Assembly (NCBI RefSeq): GCF_018977255.1
Contig: NW_024704753.1
Location: forward strand, 124,001 to 188,000
Length of the DNA stretch: 64,000 nucleotides
From: Callorhinchus milii
Taxonomy: Eukaryota
Reading direction: 5' to 3'
Positions 53,324 through 64,000 of the stretch are shown here, piece by piece. The position numbers were made by a program, and so were the translations under genes. How positions within the stretch are numbered: position 1 is the stretch's first letter; the number at the start of each line of letters is the position of its first letter. The notes beneath the pieces are model-generated. The model was not told the DNA's origin and did not search any database. It saw only the letters and a list, made by a program, of their open reading frames with translations.

Positions 53324-53414
53324 CCCGTTGCCTGGTGATGGTGAAGCTCGGTCTGGGAATGAATGAGGAGACGACTCCGGGCGGTGCTGAGGGATCGCGG
53401 CCTCCCGCACAGTG

Positions 53415-56400
53415 ATGGAGCGGTACAGCGTGAGCAGGACGGTGGGGAAGGGCAGCTACGGGGAGGTGCAGCTGGTGAAAGACCGCAAGGAACTCCGCCA
53501 GGTAACGAGCTGAGGCCCAGCGCCTGCCCGCGGCTCCCAGGGCCCTGAGGGCTGTGGGTTACAGCCTCACGTCAGGGTCCAGACCGCGGCTCCGCTGTGT
53601 CTGTTCACAGTGAACATCCCATAACTCTTCAAGTTTCTCCTCGTATCGTGGCCTCGGCCCAAGCGGACCATTGGACATTGTTGGCTTCAGTCACTGTGTG
53701 TGTGGGGGTCACTGTGTGGGTGGGGGGGGGTCACTGTGTGGGGGGGTCACTGTGTGTGTGTGGGGGGTCACTGTGTGTGTGGGGGGGGGTCACTGTGTGG
53801 GGGGGTCACTGTGTGTGTGGGGGGGTCACTGTGTGTGTGGGGGGGTCACTGTGTGTGGGGGGGGTCACTGTGTGTGGGGTCACTGTGTGTGGGGGGGGTC
53901 ACTGTGTGTGTGGGGGGGTCACTGTGTGTGTGGGGGGGTCACTGTGTGTGTGTGGGGGGGTCACTGTGTGTGTGGGGGTCACTGTGTGTGTGGGGGTCAC
54001 TGTGTGGGTGGGGGGTCACTGTGTGTGTGTAGGGGGGGGTCACTGTGTGGGTGGGGGGGGTCACTGTGTGGGTGGGGGGTCACTGTGTGGGTGGGGGGTC
54101 TGTGTGTGGGGGGGTCACTGTGTGTGTGGGGGGTCACTGTGTGTGGGGGGTCACTGTGTGTGGGGGTCACTGTGTGTGTGGGGGGGTCACTGTGTGTGTG
54201 GGGGGGTCACTGTGGGTGGGGGGGGCATCGCTGGTCCAGATTAATTGGTGCGTTTTGCGAAACAATAATCATTTTTGCATTTGATATTGCGGAATTCAGA
54301 TCGGAAAGACGTCTCAAAGTGTTTTAGAAGACGAAGGAGTGTAGGGATGAGAGGATGGCCGATCGTATGGTTAAAGAGGAAGGTCTTGTGACGGACCTTG
54401 AAGGAGGCAAGGGGCGGGCGGGGGGCGGCGAAGTGGAGGATCTCCAGGATAGAGTTCCAGAGGATTGGAGCAGAGAGACACGATGATGGCAGGGTGAAAG
54501 ATAATAATACATTTTCAAATAATAATACATTTATAAATCAAATAAAATTGTTGAAAGGTTTGAAGAGAAAGTTCTGAGAAATCATGGCATTACAGAGCAG
54601 CTTTGTGCTTGTATGGCTCTATGTATTGCTCCCCCACCTCTGCGACCTTCTAACCCCTGATCAACCTGCCTGCACCTTCCGCTCAATGGGCTCTATCCTG
54701 CTTCACTTCCCCCACCTCGTCCGCCCCACCATTGGTGGGCGGGCCTTCTGCCACTCTGCTTTTGGAATTCCATCCTGTCGTCCCTCCGCCTCACCTCATC
54801 CCTTGCCTCCTTCAAGACCCGTCTCAAGATCCTCCTCTTGAACCATGCCTTTGGTCACCCTCCTTCCACCCTCTGCCCTCCACCCTCCCCAACTTTCAGC
54901 TCGGGTCTGAAGCACTCATTGTCCAACACCTTGGGATGTCCTCTCAACGTGAAACGCGCTACAAATGTAATTTTGTTGAGCAACTAAAGTCATGTCACAG
55001 AGAGATTGAAATTGAGAATCCCTCAGTACATAAATGAATCAGATATTTATCTACTTAAACAACAAATTTAAAATGCAACCAAACAATTTAGATTTGTTTA
55101 GAGCTTTTCATGTCAGGAGCAGAGCTGAGGCTGATGGTACACACATTTATAATAATCCAGCGCCTTGGGGCATCCCTCCGATGTGAAAAGCGCTATACAA
55201 ATGTAATTTTGTTTTGTATTGTAATCCTTGCATTTACACTTCTCTCTGTTTGCGCTTGTTTTTCAGTACGTGGTAAAGAAGCTGAACCTGAGAAATGTCT
55301 CGAGCCGCGAGCGCCGGGCAGCAGAGCAAGAGGCACAGCTCCTGTCCCGGCTTCGTCATCCAAACATTGTTACCTATCGCGAGTCATGGGAAGGGGTGGA
55401 CGGACACTTGTACATTGTGATGGGCTACTGTGAAGGTGGTGATTTGTATCACAGATTGAAAGAACAGAAAGGCAACCTGCTTCCAGAGAGTCAAGTGGTG
55501 GAGTGGTTTGTCCAGATTGCTATGGCTTTACAGGTACTGCATTGGACTTCCAGCTTTAGGAATGTAATGCGATACAGAACAGGCTCAGTGGACTGAATGG
55601 CATCATCCTGTTCATCATAGCTTTGTACATCAGCAAACCTTTATATTCACTATAGAGTCACTTAATTGAAACGCAAAATACTGAAAATCTGAAAACAAAA
55701 ACAGAAGTGGCTGGGAACATTCAGCAGGTCAGGCAGCATCTATGGAGAAAGGAAAGTGAGTCAATGTTTCGGGTCAACGACCCTTCGTATGACGTTAACT
55801 CACATTCCTTTCTCCAGAGATGCTGCCTGACCTGCTGAATGTTCCCAGTCACTTAATTGAATCACTTATTGAATGTGTGCATGAATACTGAGCATCAATC
55901 CTTTTAATAATATCTTTAGATTAGGAACTTCACAGCTTATCAGAATGTGTTTACCTGTAGAGAATTACTAACGTAGTGCAGCACAAATGGCAACATGGTC
56001 TACATAGGAACATGGGTAGATTCTAGGAAAGTACATGGAAATGCAGATAGAAATATAAATTGGAACACGAGTTTAGACAAGGGAACTAACATGGGACTGC
56101 ACTGTACTTGGTGCAGTTTCTTCATCCCTCTCGGTCATTGTGTTATGCTGTCAGTCTGTGTGTTATGCTCTCAGTCTGTGTTACGCTCTCACTCTATGTG
56201 TTACTCTCTCAGACTGAAACCCTAGTCCATTCCATTCTTTGTCACCTCTTGGCTGGACTATTCAAACGCCCTCCTCGCCGGTTTCCCATCCACTACCATC
56301 CATAAAATCCAGATCATTCAAAACTTTGCCACCCGCATTCTCACCCGCACCAAACCCGGCTCCCCGATTACCTCAGTCCTGGCCAGACTGCACTGCCTGC

Positions 56401-59400
56401 CTATCCCAAAGAAGGTCGACTTCAAGATCCTCACCCTCGTATTCAAGTCCCTGCACTCCTCTGCACCCCCCGACCTCTCTGACCACCTCTCTCCTCAAAA
56501 CAGTACCCGTTGCCTTCGTTCCTCCAGGTCTGGCCTCCTCCTCGTCCCCGAGTCCTCCGCTCCACCCTAGGTGGCCGTGGCTTCAACCACTATGCCCCAA
56601 GGCTCTGGAACTCCCTTCCTCACTCCCTTCCCCTCGCTCCCTCTTTTCCTATTTTCAGATCCCTGCTGAAGACCTTTCTCTTCGACAGCGCCTTTGGTCA
56701 CCTTCCTCCCCCTGGCTTGGTCCCGGGATCCGTTACTGTGAAGCTCTGAGACGCCGTCCGGCGTGGAGGGCGTTATGTATATCCAAGTTGTTGTTGTTAT
56801 TGTAGTCTGTGTGTTACGCTCTCCATCTGTGTTACGCTCTCTCCATCTGTGCCTTACGCTCTCCGTTTGTGTTACGCTCTCCGCCTGTGCATCACGCTCT
56901 CTCCGCCTGTGCGTTGCGCTCTCTCGGTCGGTGCGTTACGCGCTCTCGGTCGATGCGTTATGTGCTTTAGGTTGTTAGGTTGGAGTCCTGTAGCTTAGTG
57001 GTTAGAGCACTCGCTTTGCAAGTGAGAGACCTGGGTTCAATTCCAGGCAGAGGGCGAAACCTTGGGCAAGTTTCCTTACTCCACACAGAGCCTAATAATA
57101 ATCCCTCCAAAACCAAAAACAATGATAAATTGGTCATTTTCAATCCACGACTGTTTGTGGGACATTGCTGTGCGCAATTGGCTGCCACGTTCGCCCACAA
57201 ATATACAGTCAATTCACTTTACAGTAAATTACAGTGAAGCGCTTTGGGACGTCCTCCCGACGTGAAAAGCACTATATCAAATGCAAGGATTATTATTATT
57301 ATTATTCGGTGTTGATGTGTCATGTGCTGCTCAATGTCCTTTCTGTTCCAGTATCTACATGAGAAGCACATCCTGCACAGAGATCTGAAAACTCAGAATA
57401 TTTTCTTGACCAAATCAAATATTATTAAAGTAGGAGATCTGGGGATTGCTCGCGTGTTGGAGAGCCACCATGACATGGCCAGCACACTGATCGGAACTCC
57501 CTACTACATGAGCCCAGAGCTGTTCTGTAACCGGCCGTATAATTATAAGGTACAAACTGTGAGCGTGAAGCGTGGCACCAACTGGATGTTTATCACTTAT
57601 CTTTTGTTAGACAAGACTGATCACCCCGGCATCAGAGTCCTGCGCCCCCCACCCCACCAACGCCCCTCACAATCTGGGACCAGATTTCCCCAAGAATGAA
57701 AATGCACTGGTTGCATTTTGATGAAAACACAGAAACCTGTTTCGGTATTTGTGAAACACTTAATAGATTTTCTTTTTTTTTTTTACCAATTTTAGTACTA
57801 AGATGATTGCGGTCAGTGTAACAGTGCCCAGAAGAGGCTCTGGCTGTGTTAGTAACGCTACTGTTTGTTTCTTGCAGTCCGATGTCTGGGCGCTGGGATG
57901 CTGCGTGTTTGAAATGACGACACTGAAACACGCCTTTAACGCCAAGGACATGAACTCTTTAGTTTTCAAGATCATTGAAGGGAAGGTACAAAGTCAGCAG
58001 TGAGATTAGTTGCTTTTTATCCACCTGCTACCTCCGTCCCCAATATTAATGACTGAGAGAGATCAGAACAACCCCAACTCCCAGCGTTAGCCTTCTGACA
58101 TCTCTCGATGTTTCTGTATTTTTCCTGCTGTTTTTCTGTTCACAACAATCTGTATCCTGGTGGTTTCAGTCTTGTTTCCTGTAGACGGAAATATACTGTA
58201 AGCCGCGGCTTTCTGGACACCGCAATCTGCAATTCCTATCCAGCCGGCCAGGTCCCCATGTGTGTAGACCTCTGACGACCAACATTCCCATCAGCAGAGA
58301 GTTTAGTTGCCTGATGCCAGCATTGTAACTACACTTAGCCCAATATTTCCAGTTGCCAAACTGTAACTCGCCCCCATTGTCTCACCAGCCCGAGATTAAG
58401 TGAACCATCTGAGAGGTCCCAAGCGAGCAAAAGGGCGAGAGAGAGACAGACCAAAGAGAGAGAGAGGGAGGGAGGGAGAGAGGGGCTGTGAGAGGGAGTG
58501 TGGGGAGGGCTGTGAGAGAGCAGTGGGGCTTTGAGAGAGGTGGGGGAGAAATGGGGCATGGCTGTGGGAGAAGTGGGGGCTGTGAGCAAGGGGGAAAGGG
58601 GGCTGTGAGAGAGAGAAAGAGAGAGAGGGTGGCAGGGGGTCTGTGAGCAAGGGGGAGGTGGGGAGGGCTGTGAGTCAGAGGCCTCTGAGCAACACAGGGA
58701 GGCCAATATTTTGACCTATTTTGTTAGATTTTGCTCCTCTAATAAGTTTTCCATCTTCATACCACATCCCCGCTCTTTCCCTGTAATAATCCTCTAATCC
58801 CTTATTATCTAATTATTATCTTATTATCACGTGCTTATTATCTAAATCCCTTACTATTGCCGCAATCGATTGCCAACCTGGCAAAATAAAACTCTCTGTG
58901 AGTTGAGAATCTTTCCTGATCTCCCCTCTGCGCTCCCAGCAACCCTACCACTGTTACATTTTGAGAAATGCTTCACATTAATGTGTGAGTGTAGTCGAGC
59001 TGGTGGATTGGGTGTAACTGTAACAACAACTTGCATGTATATAGCGGCCCTCAGGCTGGGTAGGGCCGAGCGCTTGTCCCTGTGTCTCCTGTGGCGCTGG
59101 AGGCTGATCTCTGCCCTTGTCTCCCTGTGAAGCTTCCCCCGGTACCGGAGCCCTACAGCCGGCAGCTGTCGCTGCTGATCATGAGCATGCTGAGCCGCAG
59201 ACCTGAGGAGCGGCCAGAGGTCAAGGCCATCCTCAGGAAACCCTACATCAAGAGCCACATCGCCGTGTTCCTGGAAAACACAAAGGTGTACGTATGTTTG
59301 ACAAAATACAAATAAAATTCACTGAATTAAAATCTTTTTACATGAATCGCATTGTTTAAAGAGCAAGGTGGCCGTTGAATTATGAAGTTGATATTATTTT

Positions 59401-62400
59401 TAATGTATTTTTGATGCAGAAAAGCCATGAAGACCCGTAAGAGAAACGTCCCCGAGGCAACCCCTCCCAGTTGCTCGGCTGTGTCACCGCGGAATCAACC
59501 GGGCCCGTCCTTGGGCGCCCCCCAGCACGACTACAATCCGTCCCGCAAGTTTGGAAAGGTCAGAGGACATTAGAGCAAGTAACAGATTGGAATTCTTAGT
59601 CTGCACCAGATTTTGGTTGCTTCAGCACTTGATAGAAGTGCAGAGAAAGAGCAGTGAATTAACGTCAGGGACATTTAAGCGCTACTAAGTTATGTGTGGA
59701 AATAGATGTATCACATTTGAGGATATTTAAGTTTACAAAGAAATGTATTGATTTGCTGTGTTCCAGGGGGGAGAAAGTGAAGCTGAGGAGTACGGTGATC
59801 ATCGCTGTGCTGGTCGGCCAGTGTCCCAGTGTTCCGCTCCCAACTCGAACCTCAGCAGCACAGATACTCTCGCTACGCTCAGCAAGGTGGACATCAGTGT
59901 GGTCTCCGGACAGCAGAGGGGGAGCGGGAATCCTGGCCATATAACAGTGGCCGAGCCACGAATACGTTCCATTGACTGTCCGATCACAGAACCCACAGCA
60001 GCTGGTGTTCCCCTGGAGGCAGATCCTGCTGATAAACCCAAATGCCGCGTTGCTGGAGCTTATGACGAGAAAGAGGCCACGATGTCCCTGCTGCAGGCTG
60101 TGTGTGAGGCTGGGCGATCGCTGGCAGAGCAGGTACAGGCTGTTTCACGTGGCAATACCGAGTCCTGTCTTTACACCGTGTTTCTGCACTTCATGACAAC
60201 AGATGAGTTATGGCTGTAGGTTCTGAGGGCTGCGTCTCACAAGAGACTATTTAAAATAAATTATCATAAGTGTCATGTGAATTGTAAGGTAATTTGGAAT
60301 CCTGTAGCTCAGTGGTTAGAGCATTCGCCTTGCAAGCGAGAGACCTAGGTTCAATTCCAGGCAGGAGGCGAAACTTTGGGCAAGTTTCCTTACTCCACAC
60401 ACCTAATAATAATCCCTCCAAAACAAAACAATAATAAATTGGTTGTTTTCAATCCATGACTGTTTGTGGGACACTGCTGTGCGCAATTGGCTGCCGCGTT
60501 CGTCCACATACGGTCAATTCACTTTACAGTCTATTCTGTGAAGTGCTTTGAGACGTCTAGAAGATGCTATATCAAATGCAAGGATTATTATTATTAGTAT
60601 TAAGGTAACACAGTTGACACGAAGGCTGAATGCCTTCTCTGCTTCAGTACAATTCTCAGCAGGAACTGTGTTTTCAGATATGAACCTGAGTAAGTAAGAG
60701 AATACGTAAATCTGTCTGCCAAACCGTGTGGCAACACATCAGACAGCACAGTGGCCTCTTTGTTAACAATTATTCAGGAATAATAATTAATTGGCTTTTG
60801 TTTCATTTTATACAGATGAGCTTTGACTCCACAGAAAAGCTGCTAAGGCCATTTGTGCCTGTTGAAGTCTCAGTGAGTTTGTGTCTCTGGTTAATTACTG
60901 TACAAGAGTTTAGACAGAATGCCTGTGAGCTGTGCCTGGAAACTGCAAGTTTAATTCAAGGCTAGTTTGATTGTATCTCTTGCAAAACTTGGTGTAAATT
61001 CTCTTATTAAATAAAAATAAAAATGCCAGCCTTTCCTTGGTTATTGTACTGGAAGTGAAAACCTCATGTAATGTCTCCCCCAAATGGCAGCACCTCCAGC
61101 AAATACACAGCCTGAATTCACAACCTTCTGTCCCAGAGGCCAGAGCGCTGCAGACTGAGGTTTACTGTGTCTGTGAGAGACTCTACCCCACGTTAAGGGC
61201 AAGTTGTTGTTGCTGTACTGTTTGCCTGGCCTCTACAGTGTGTGATTGTAACCTTCAATTACTCCAATTTGCTCTCAGTCACTTAGTGGAATAATTTTTT
61301 TTACGTTAGGAAAACTGTTCGGGAATGATGGCTGCTGTGCCCAAGGATCGCGATCATGTTCCTCATCAGCCACAGAAATCTTGTTCTGAGCCGGTAAACT
61401 CCCATCAATATCAACACAGAGAGCAGAGTGAGGAGGTGGGAAACCAATACATTTCAGTAAATGTGTCCAGTCCCATCACCTCAAAACAGACTAGTGGCTC
61501 CTCAATGGCCAACCCCACATAGTGTATCGATCCCCTTCTTTGTACCTCTGGGTTACAGAGGGTTAAATCAACTGGGGCTCCTATTCCAAGGCCACCACCC
61601 CCCCCCCCCGCTTTCCCCCAGGCCGTTGTTCTGATACAATCAGAAAACTATCATTGACTTTTATCTGAAAGTTGAGCTTTTTTTTCTCTTCCAGGTAAAA
61701 GCCCCAGCCCCAAGGTTACGGTCTCCTCCACACAGCACAGCTCAGGTATGTGTGAGGTGTTACCCTGATCCTGGTGCAGTCTCCCCCTCAGTGATCAGCT
61801 GTGCAGAGCGGCGGGCGAGACCCTCACAGGTCTGTATCTTCATTATCTCAACCTTGTGTGGTTCTCGCCAGCCCGTTCTGTAGCTCTCTCTCCTCTCTCT
61901 GTGTCTCACTCACCCCCGCTCCCCACACATCACTCACACCACACTCCCCCGACACGCACATCACACTAATGAAGCCTCGACTTTTAATCCAATACAAATT
62001 ACATTTATACAATAACAATTTGGAGTTATATAGCGCCCCTCAGGCAGGGTAGAATCTCACAGGGCCTTTCATATTGGGAGGACATTTTTAAAGATTCATA
62101 TGAAGTACCGAAACAAGCCATTCGGCCTATTTGATCTGGCTAGTACTCACACTTCATATGCATAATTATCACAATGGCAAAAATAACATTGTGTGTTGCT
62201 GTACATATGTTTTTATGTTTGTGCAAGTGTATGTGTGCACACCCACCTTTGTGTGCATGGATGGGTGGTAGTGGGGGGCTGGGGATGTTGACCACGAAAT
62301 GTGAGGTGACAATTGTGTGTGTGATCAGGAGCGGCCGTTGTCTGCCCGAGAGCGGAGGAGATTGAAGCAGTATCGGGAGGAGCTCCCTCAGCCAGGTATG

Positions 62401-63982
62401 TCAGTAATACAGGCTGTGTAACCTCATTGTAAACCTCCCCTCCTCCATTGTGTCATATACAGAGTAAAACCATCTTCCTCCTCATTAGTGGTTTCTTCCC
62501 CCCCCCCCCCTTCCCTCACACACCACCCCCCTCCCCCACCCACACACAAATCCCACACAGATGCACACCCCTCACACACACACCCCTCACACACCCCACA
62601 CAGATCTGCATCTCACACAGACTCACATCCCATTCACACCCACATCCGACACACACACCACCCCCACACCACACACCCCATATCCAGACCCACACCCACA
62701 TTCCATACGCACACCCCACCCAACCCCCACCCTCTTCTCCCTCACACACACAATGACCATGCCCTTCATTGGGAGCTGTTTTGCTGCTCAGCTGTGGGCT
62801 TATTCAGAGCAGATCCACCGGGAATGTCACTGATCGGCATTGAAGCTCCCAGTGGGTTGATTCCTTATGAAGGATCCCAGCAGCAGTTTCAGACCTGTCC
62901 AGTCTGAGTGCTTCCTTATGGGATTAGTGTCACATTACTCTGGTGTGTGTCCGCTATGACATAAACACCCAGAGACAGACATTGTCCTGACTGCTGTCAC
63001 CAGCTGTTGTGTATGTGGTTAATGGGCTGAAGGGCTTTCCTCACCTTCTCCTGTGATCAAAACCTCTGTTAATCATTATTCATAGAGTTATACTGAGCAT
63101 TTTATGTATTTCTTTTCTATTCCCCCCAAATGTGGGCACGTATATGTGCACATTCAGTGTCCACATCTCACAGGAGCTTCCACAATGCAGCTGGACACAC
63201 AAACTCAAATGAAGAGAATGAAGGTGTTAAACCGAGCAGCCTCTCCTCAGCTTTTCCTTTTCCCCAGGAAAAGGTAATAATTCTTACAATAATTATTATT
63301 ATTAGATAAAAGATAACTGGTTTATTGTGTCACAGTGAGTGTTATTGTTGTGTTTGTAATGTTATCAGTTTGTGTTACTGATAGTGTAACTAGAACCATT
63401 GAAATTTACAATACAGAAAATAGCTCCTCACCCCATGAGCTGACGCCCTGAGAGCGATTGTTTAGTCCTATTCTCCTGCCTGTTCCTGTCCTATTTTATA
63501 ATTCTCCTTTTCATATTTTTATCAAATTCCATTTTAAAATGTAATCTGAATTCTGCCACATCCATAGTCTAGGTCAATGGTGGCCAACCAAATAAATATT
63601 TACATTCCATCAACTCTATATAAAACAATTCTTCACTGCTTCCTTTGTTGTTTTAATAATCACATTAACTGTATTTTCTCCAGGTGACTGACTGACTTAA
63701 GTGGAAACACTTTTCTCCCCATCTATGCTATCAAAATAAATCCCCCTCATAATTTTGAAACTGTTGTCAGGTTTCTCTTCCAACTTCTCCGTTTTGGTGA
63801 AAGCAGCTCCGGTTTTCTGCAAGAATAAGTCAAATTTGGGAACCCTGGTATGATTCTGGTGCACATTATTGCAATTTCTCATCCACATTTTGCCAGAATC
63901 TGAATGATTCGAGCCCCCTGTCAGATGATGAATGTTCGTCAACCAGCTCAACGGACCGATCTGAAGGAGACAGCAGAGAGAT
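53415..63982 (+). CDS. NEK4: NIMA-related Ser/Thr kinase NEK4, 5' part (continues past the window). Exons 53415-53501, 55267-55533, 57352-57549, 57878-57985, 59133-59287, 59420-59558, 59767-60132, 60816-60872, 61310-61435, 61695-61745, 62329-62395, 63158-63273, 63897-63982
   Basis: [87 protein letters not shown], plus NEK4-type [13 protein letters not shown] and [12 protein letters not shown]. Kinase exons are secure, while exons 7-12 are less certain. Confidence 0.92.
53690..54226. repeat. G-rich minisatellite GTCAC(TG)nG4-9 (~18-23 bp units, ~25 copies) in NEK4 intron 1
   Basis: Repeated gtcactgtgtg...gggggg units are directly visible. Confidence 0.95.
54630..54980 (+). mobile_element. Decayed L2 3' fragment
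   Basis: cccaccattggtgggcgggccttc...ccttcaagacccgtctcaagatcctcctc...ccttgggatgtcctctcaacgtgaaacgcgctacaaatgtaat. Confidence 0.75.
55671..55846. mobile_element. Short palindromic insertion (Penelope-like pLTR-derived) flanked by a 15-bp target-site duplication
   Basis: 63-bp inverted arms at 55705-55767 and 55792-55854 with 5 mismatches. AGTCACTTAATTGAA occurs at 55656-55670 and 55847-55861. Confidence 0.75.
56210..56803 (+). mobile_element. L2-clade LINE 3' fragment
   Basis: ETLVHSFVT-like start, [32 protein letters not shown], and a (TTG)n tail. Confidence 0.85.
56805..56962. repeat. Degenerate ~18-20 bp minisatellite (tgtgttacgctctccatc); related units at 56140-56210
   Basis: Repeated gttacgctctc units are visible. 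Confidence 0.8.
56982..57306 (+). mobile_element. tRNA(Ala)-derived SINE, full length
   Basis: Box A TAGCTTAGTGG, anticodon-like arm CTCGC-TTTGCAA-GTGAG, box B GGTTCAATTCC, L2-like 3' end and (ATT)n tail. Confidence 0.9.
60296..60597 (+). mobile_element. tRNA(Ala)-derived SINE
   Basis: ggaatcctgtagctcagtggttagagcattcgccttgcaagcgagagacctaggttcaattccagg...atcaaatgcaaggattattattatt. Confidence 0.9.
63390..63800 (-). mobile_element. Decayed CR1-type LINE 3' fragment in a NEK4 intron
   Basis: tagaaccattgaaatttacaatacagaa...gtggaaacacttttctccccatctatgctatcaaaataaatccccctcataattttgaaa is a CR1 3' end in antisense. Confidence 0.6.
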
Positions 63983-64000
63983 GTGAGTTCCATTCCAATC

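Noticed and set aside
53001-54226. Regularly spaced repeats resembling a CRISPR array
   Set aside because: The spacers are (TG)n or G runs rather than unique sequence, the context is vertebrate, and there are no cas genes.
52961-54327. Long Cys/Val/Gly- or His/Thr-rich ORFs (also 44825-45211, 46219-47553 and 62448-62907)
   Set aside because: These are translations of micro- or minisatellites and N gaps, open in several frames at once.
56982-57060. Possible tRNA-Ala(TGC) genes here and at ~60296, ~13630-13703 and ~11495-11567
   Set aside because: Boxes A and B and an anticodon arm are present, but the acceptor stem does not pair. Each continues into a shared ~250-bp body with an (ATT)n tail, so these are SINE heads.
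60640-60700. Possible extra NEK4 exon ending in a GTAAGT donor
   Set aside because: The nearby acceptors give an in-frame stop or an incompatible phase. It cannot be supported without transcript data.

Overview
Vertebrate genomic DNA, not prokaryotic. The tRNA/Deu-domain SINEs, L2/CR1 LINEs and compact introns point to a cartilaginous fish, possibly a holocephalan (inference). Three spliced + strand genes lie in the order SURF6 -> ITIH3-like (inter-alpha-trypsin inhibitor heavy chain) -> NEK4, and NEK4 runs off the right edge. The first 41.6 kb is a near-identical triplication with the layout [Y]Z X | Z | Y Z X. Z is about 10.6 kb (SURF6 3' half to ITIH exon 7). X is 12774-15273 and Y is about 25942-28439, so both are about 2,500 bp. 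Both junctions (15273/15274 and ~25941/25942) cut ITIH exons, and the first creates an in-frame ITIH-vWA::SURF6 chimera. The two round 2.5-kb flanks and the indel errors in the middle copy suggest an assembly gap-filling artefact rather than a real gene amplification, but long reads are needed to decide. One complete SURF6 (26191-28780) and one complete ITIH3-like gene (33434-52156) can be spliced by eye. Other points of interest are a TSD-flanked palindromic Penelope-type insertion with a hammerhead-like remnant in NEK4 intron 2, SINEs sharing an L2 3' tail, a duplicated ITIH micro-exon across N gaps, and minisatellites at the NEK4 5' end. I found no convincing novel multi-gene system. Exon boundaries were derived manually, and repeat boundaries are approximate.
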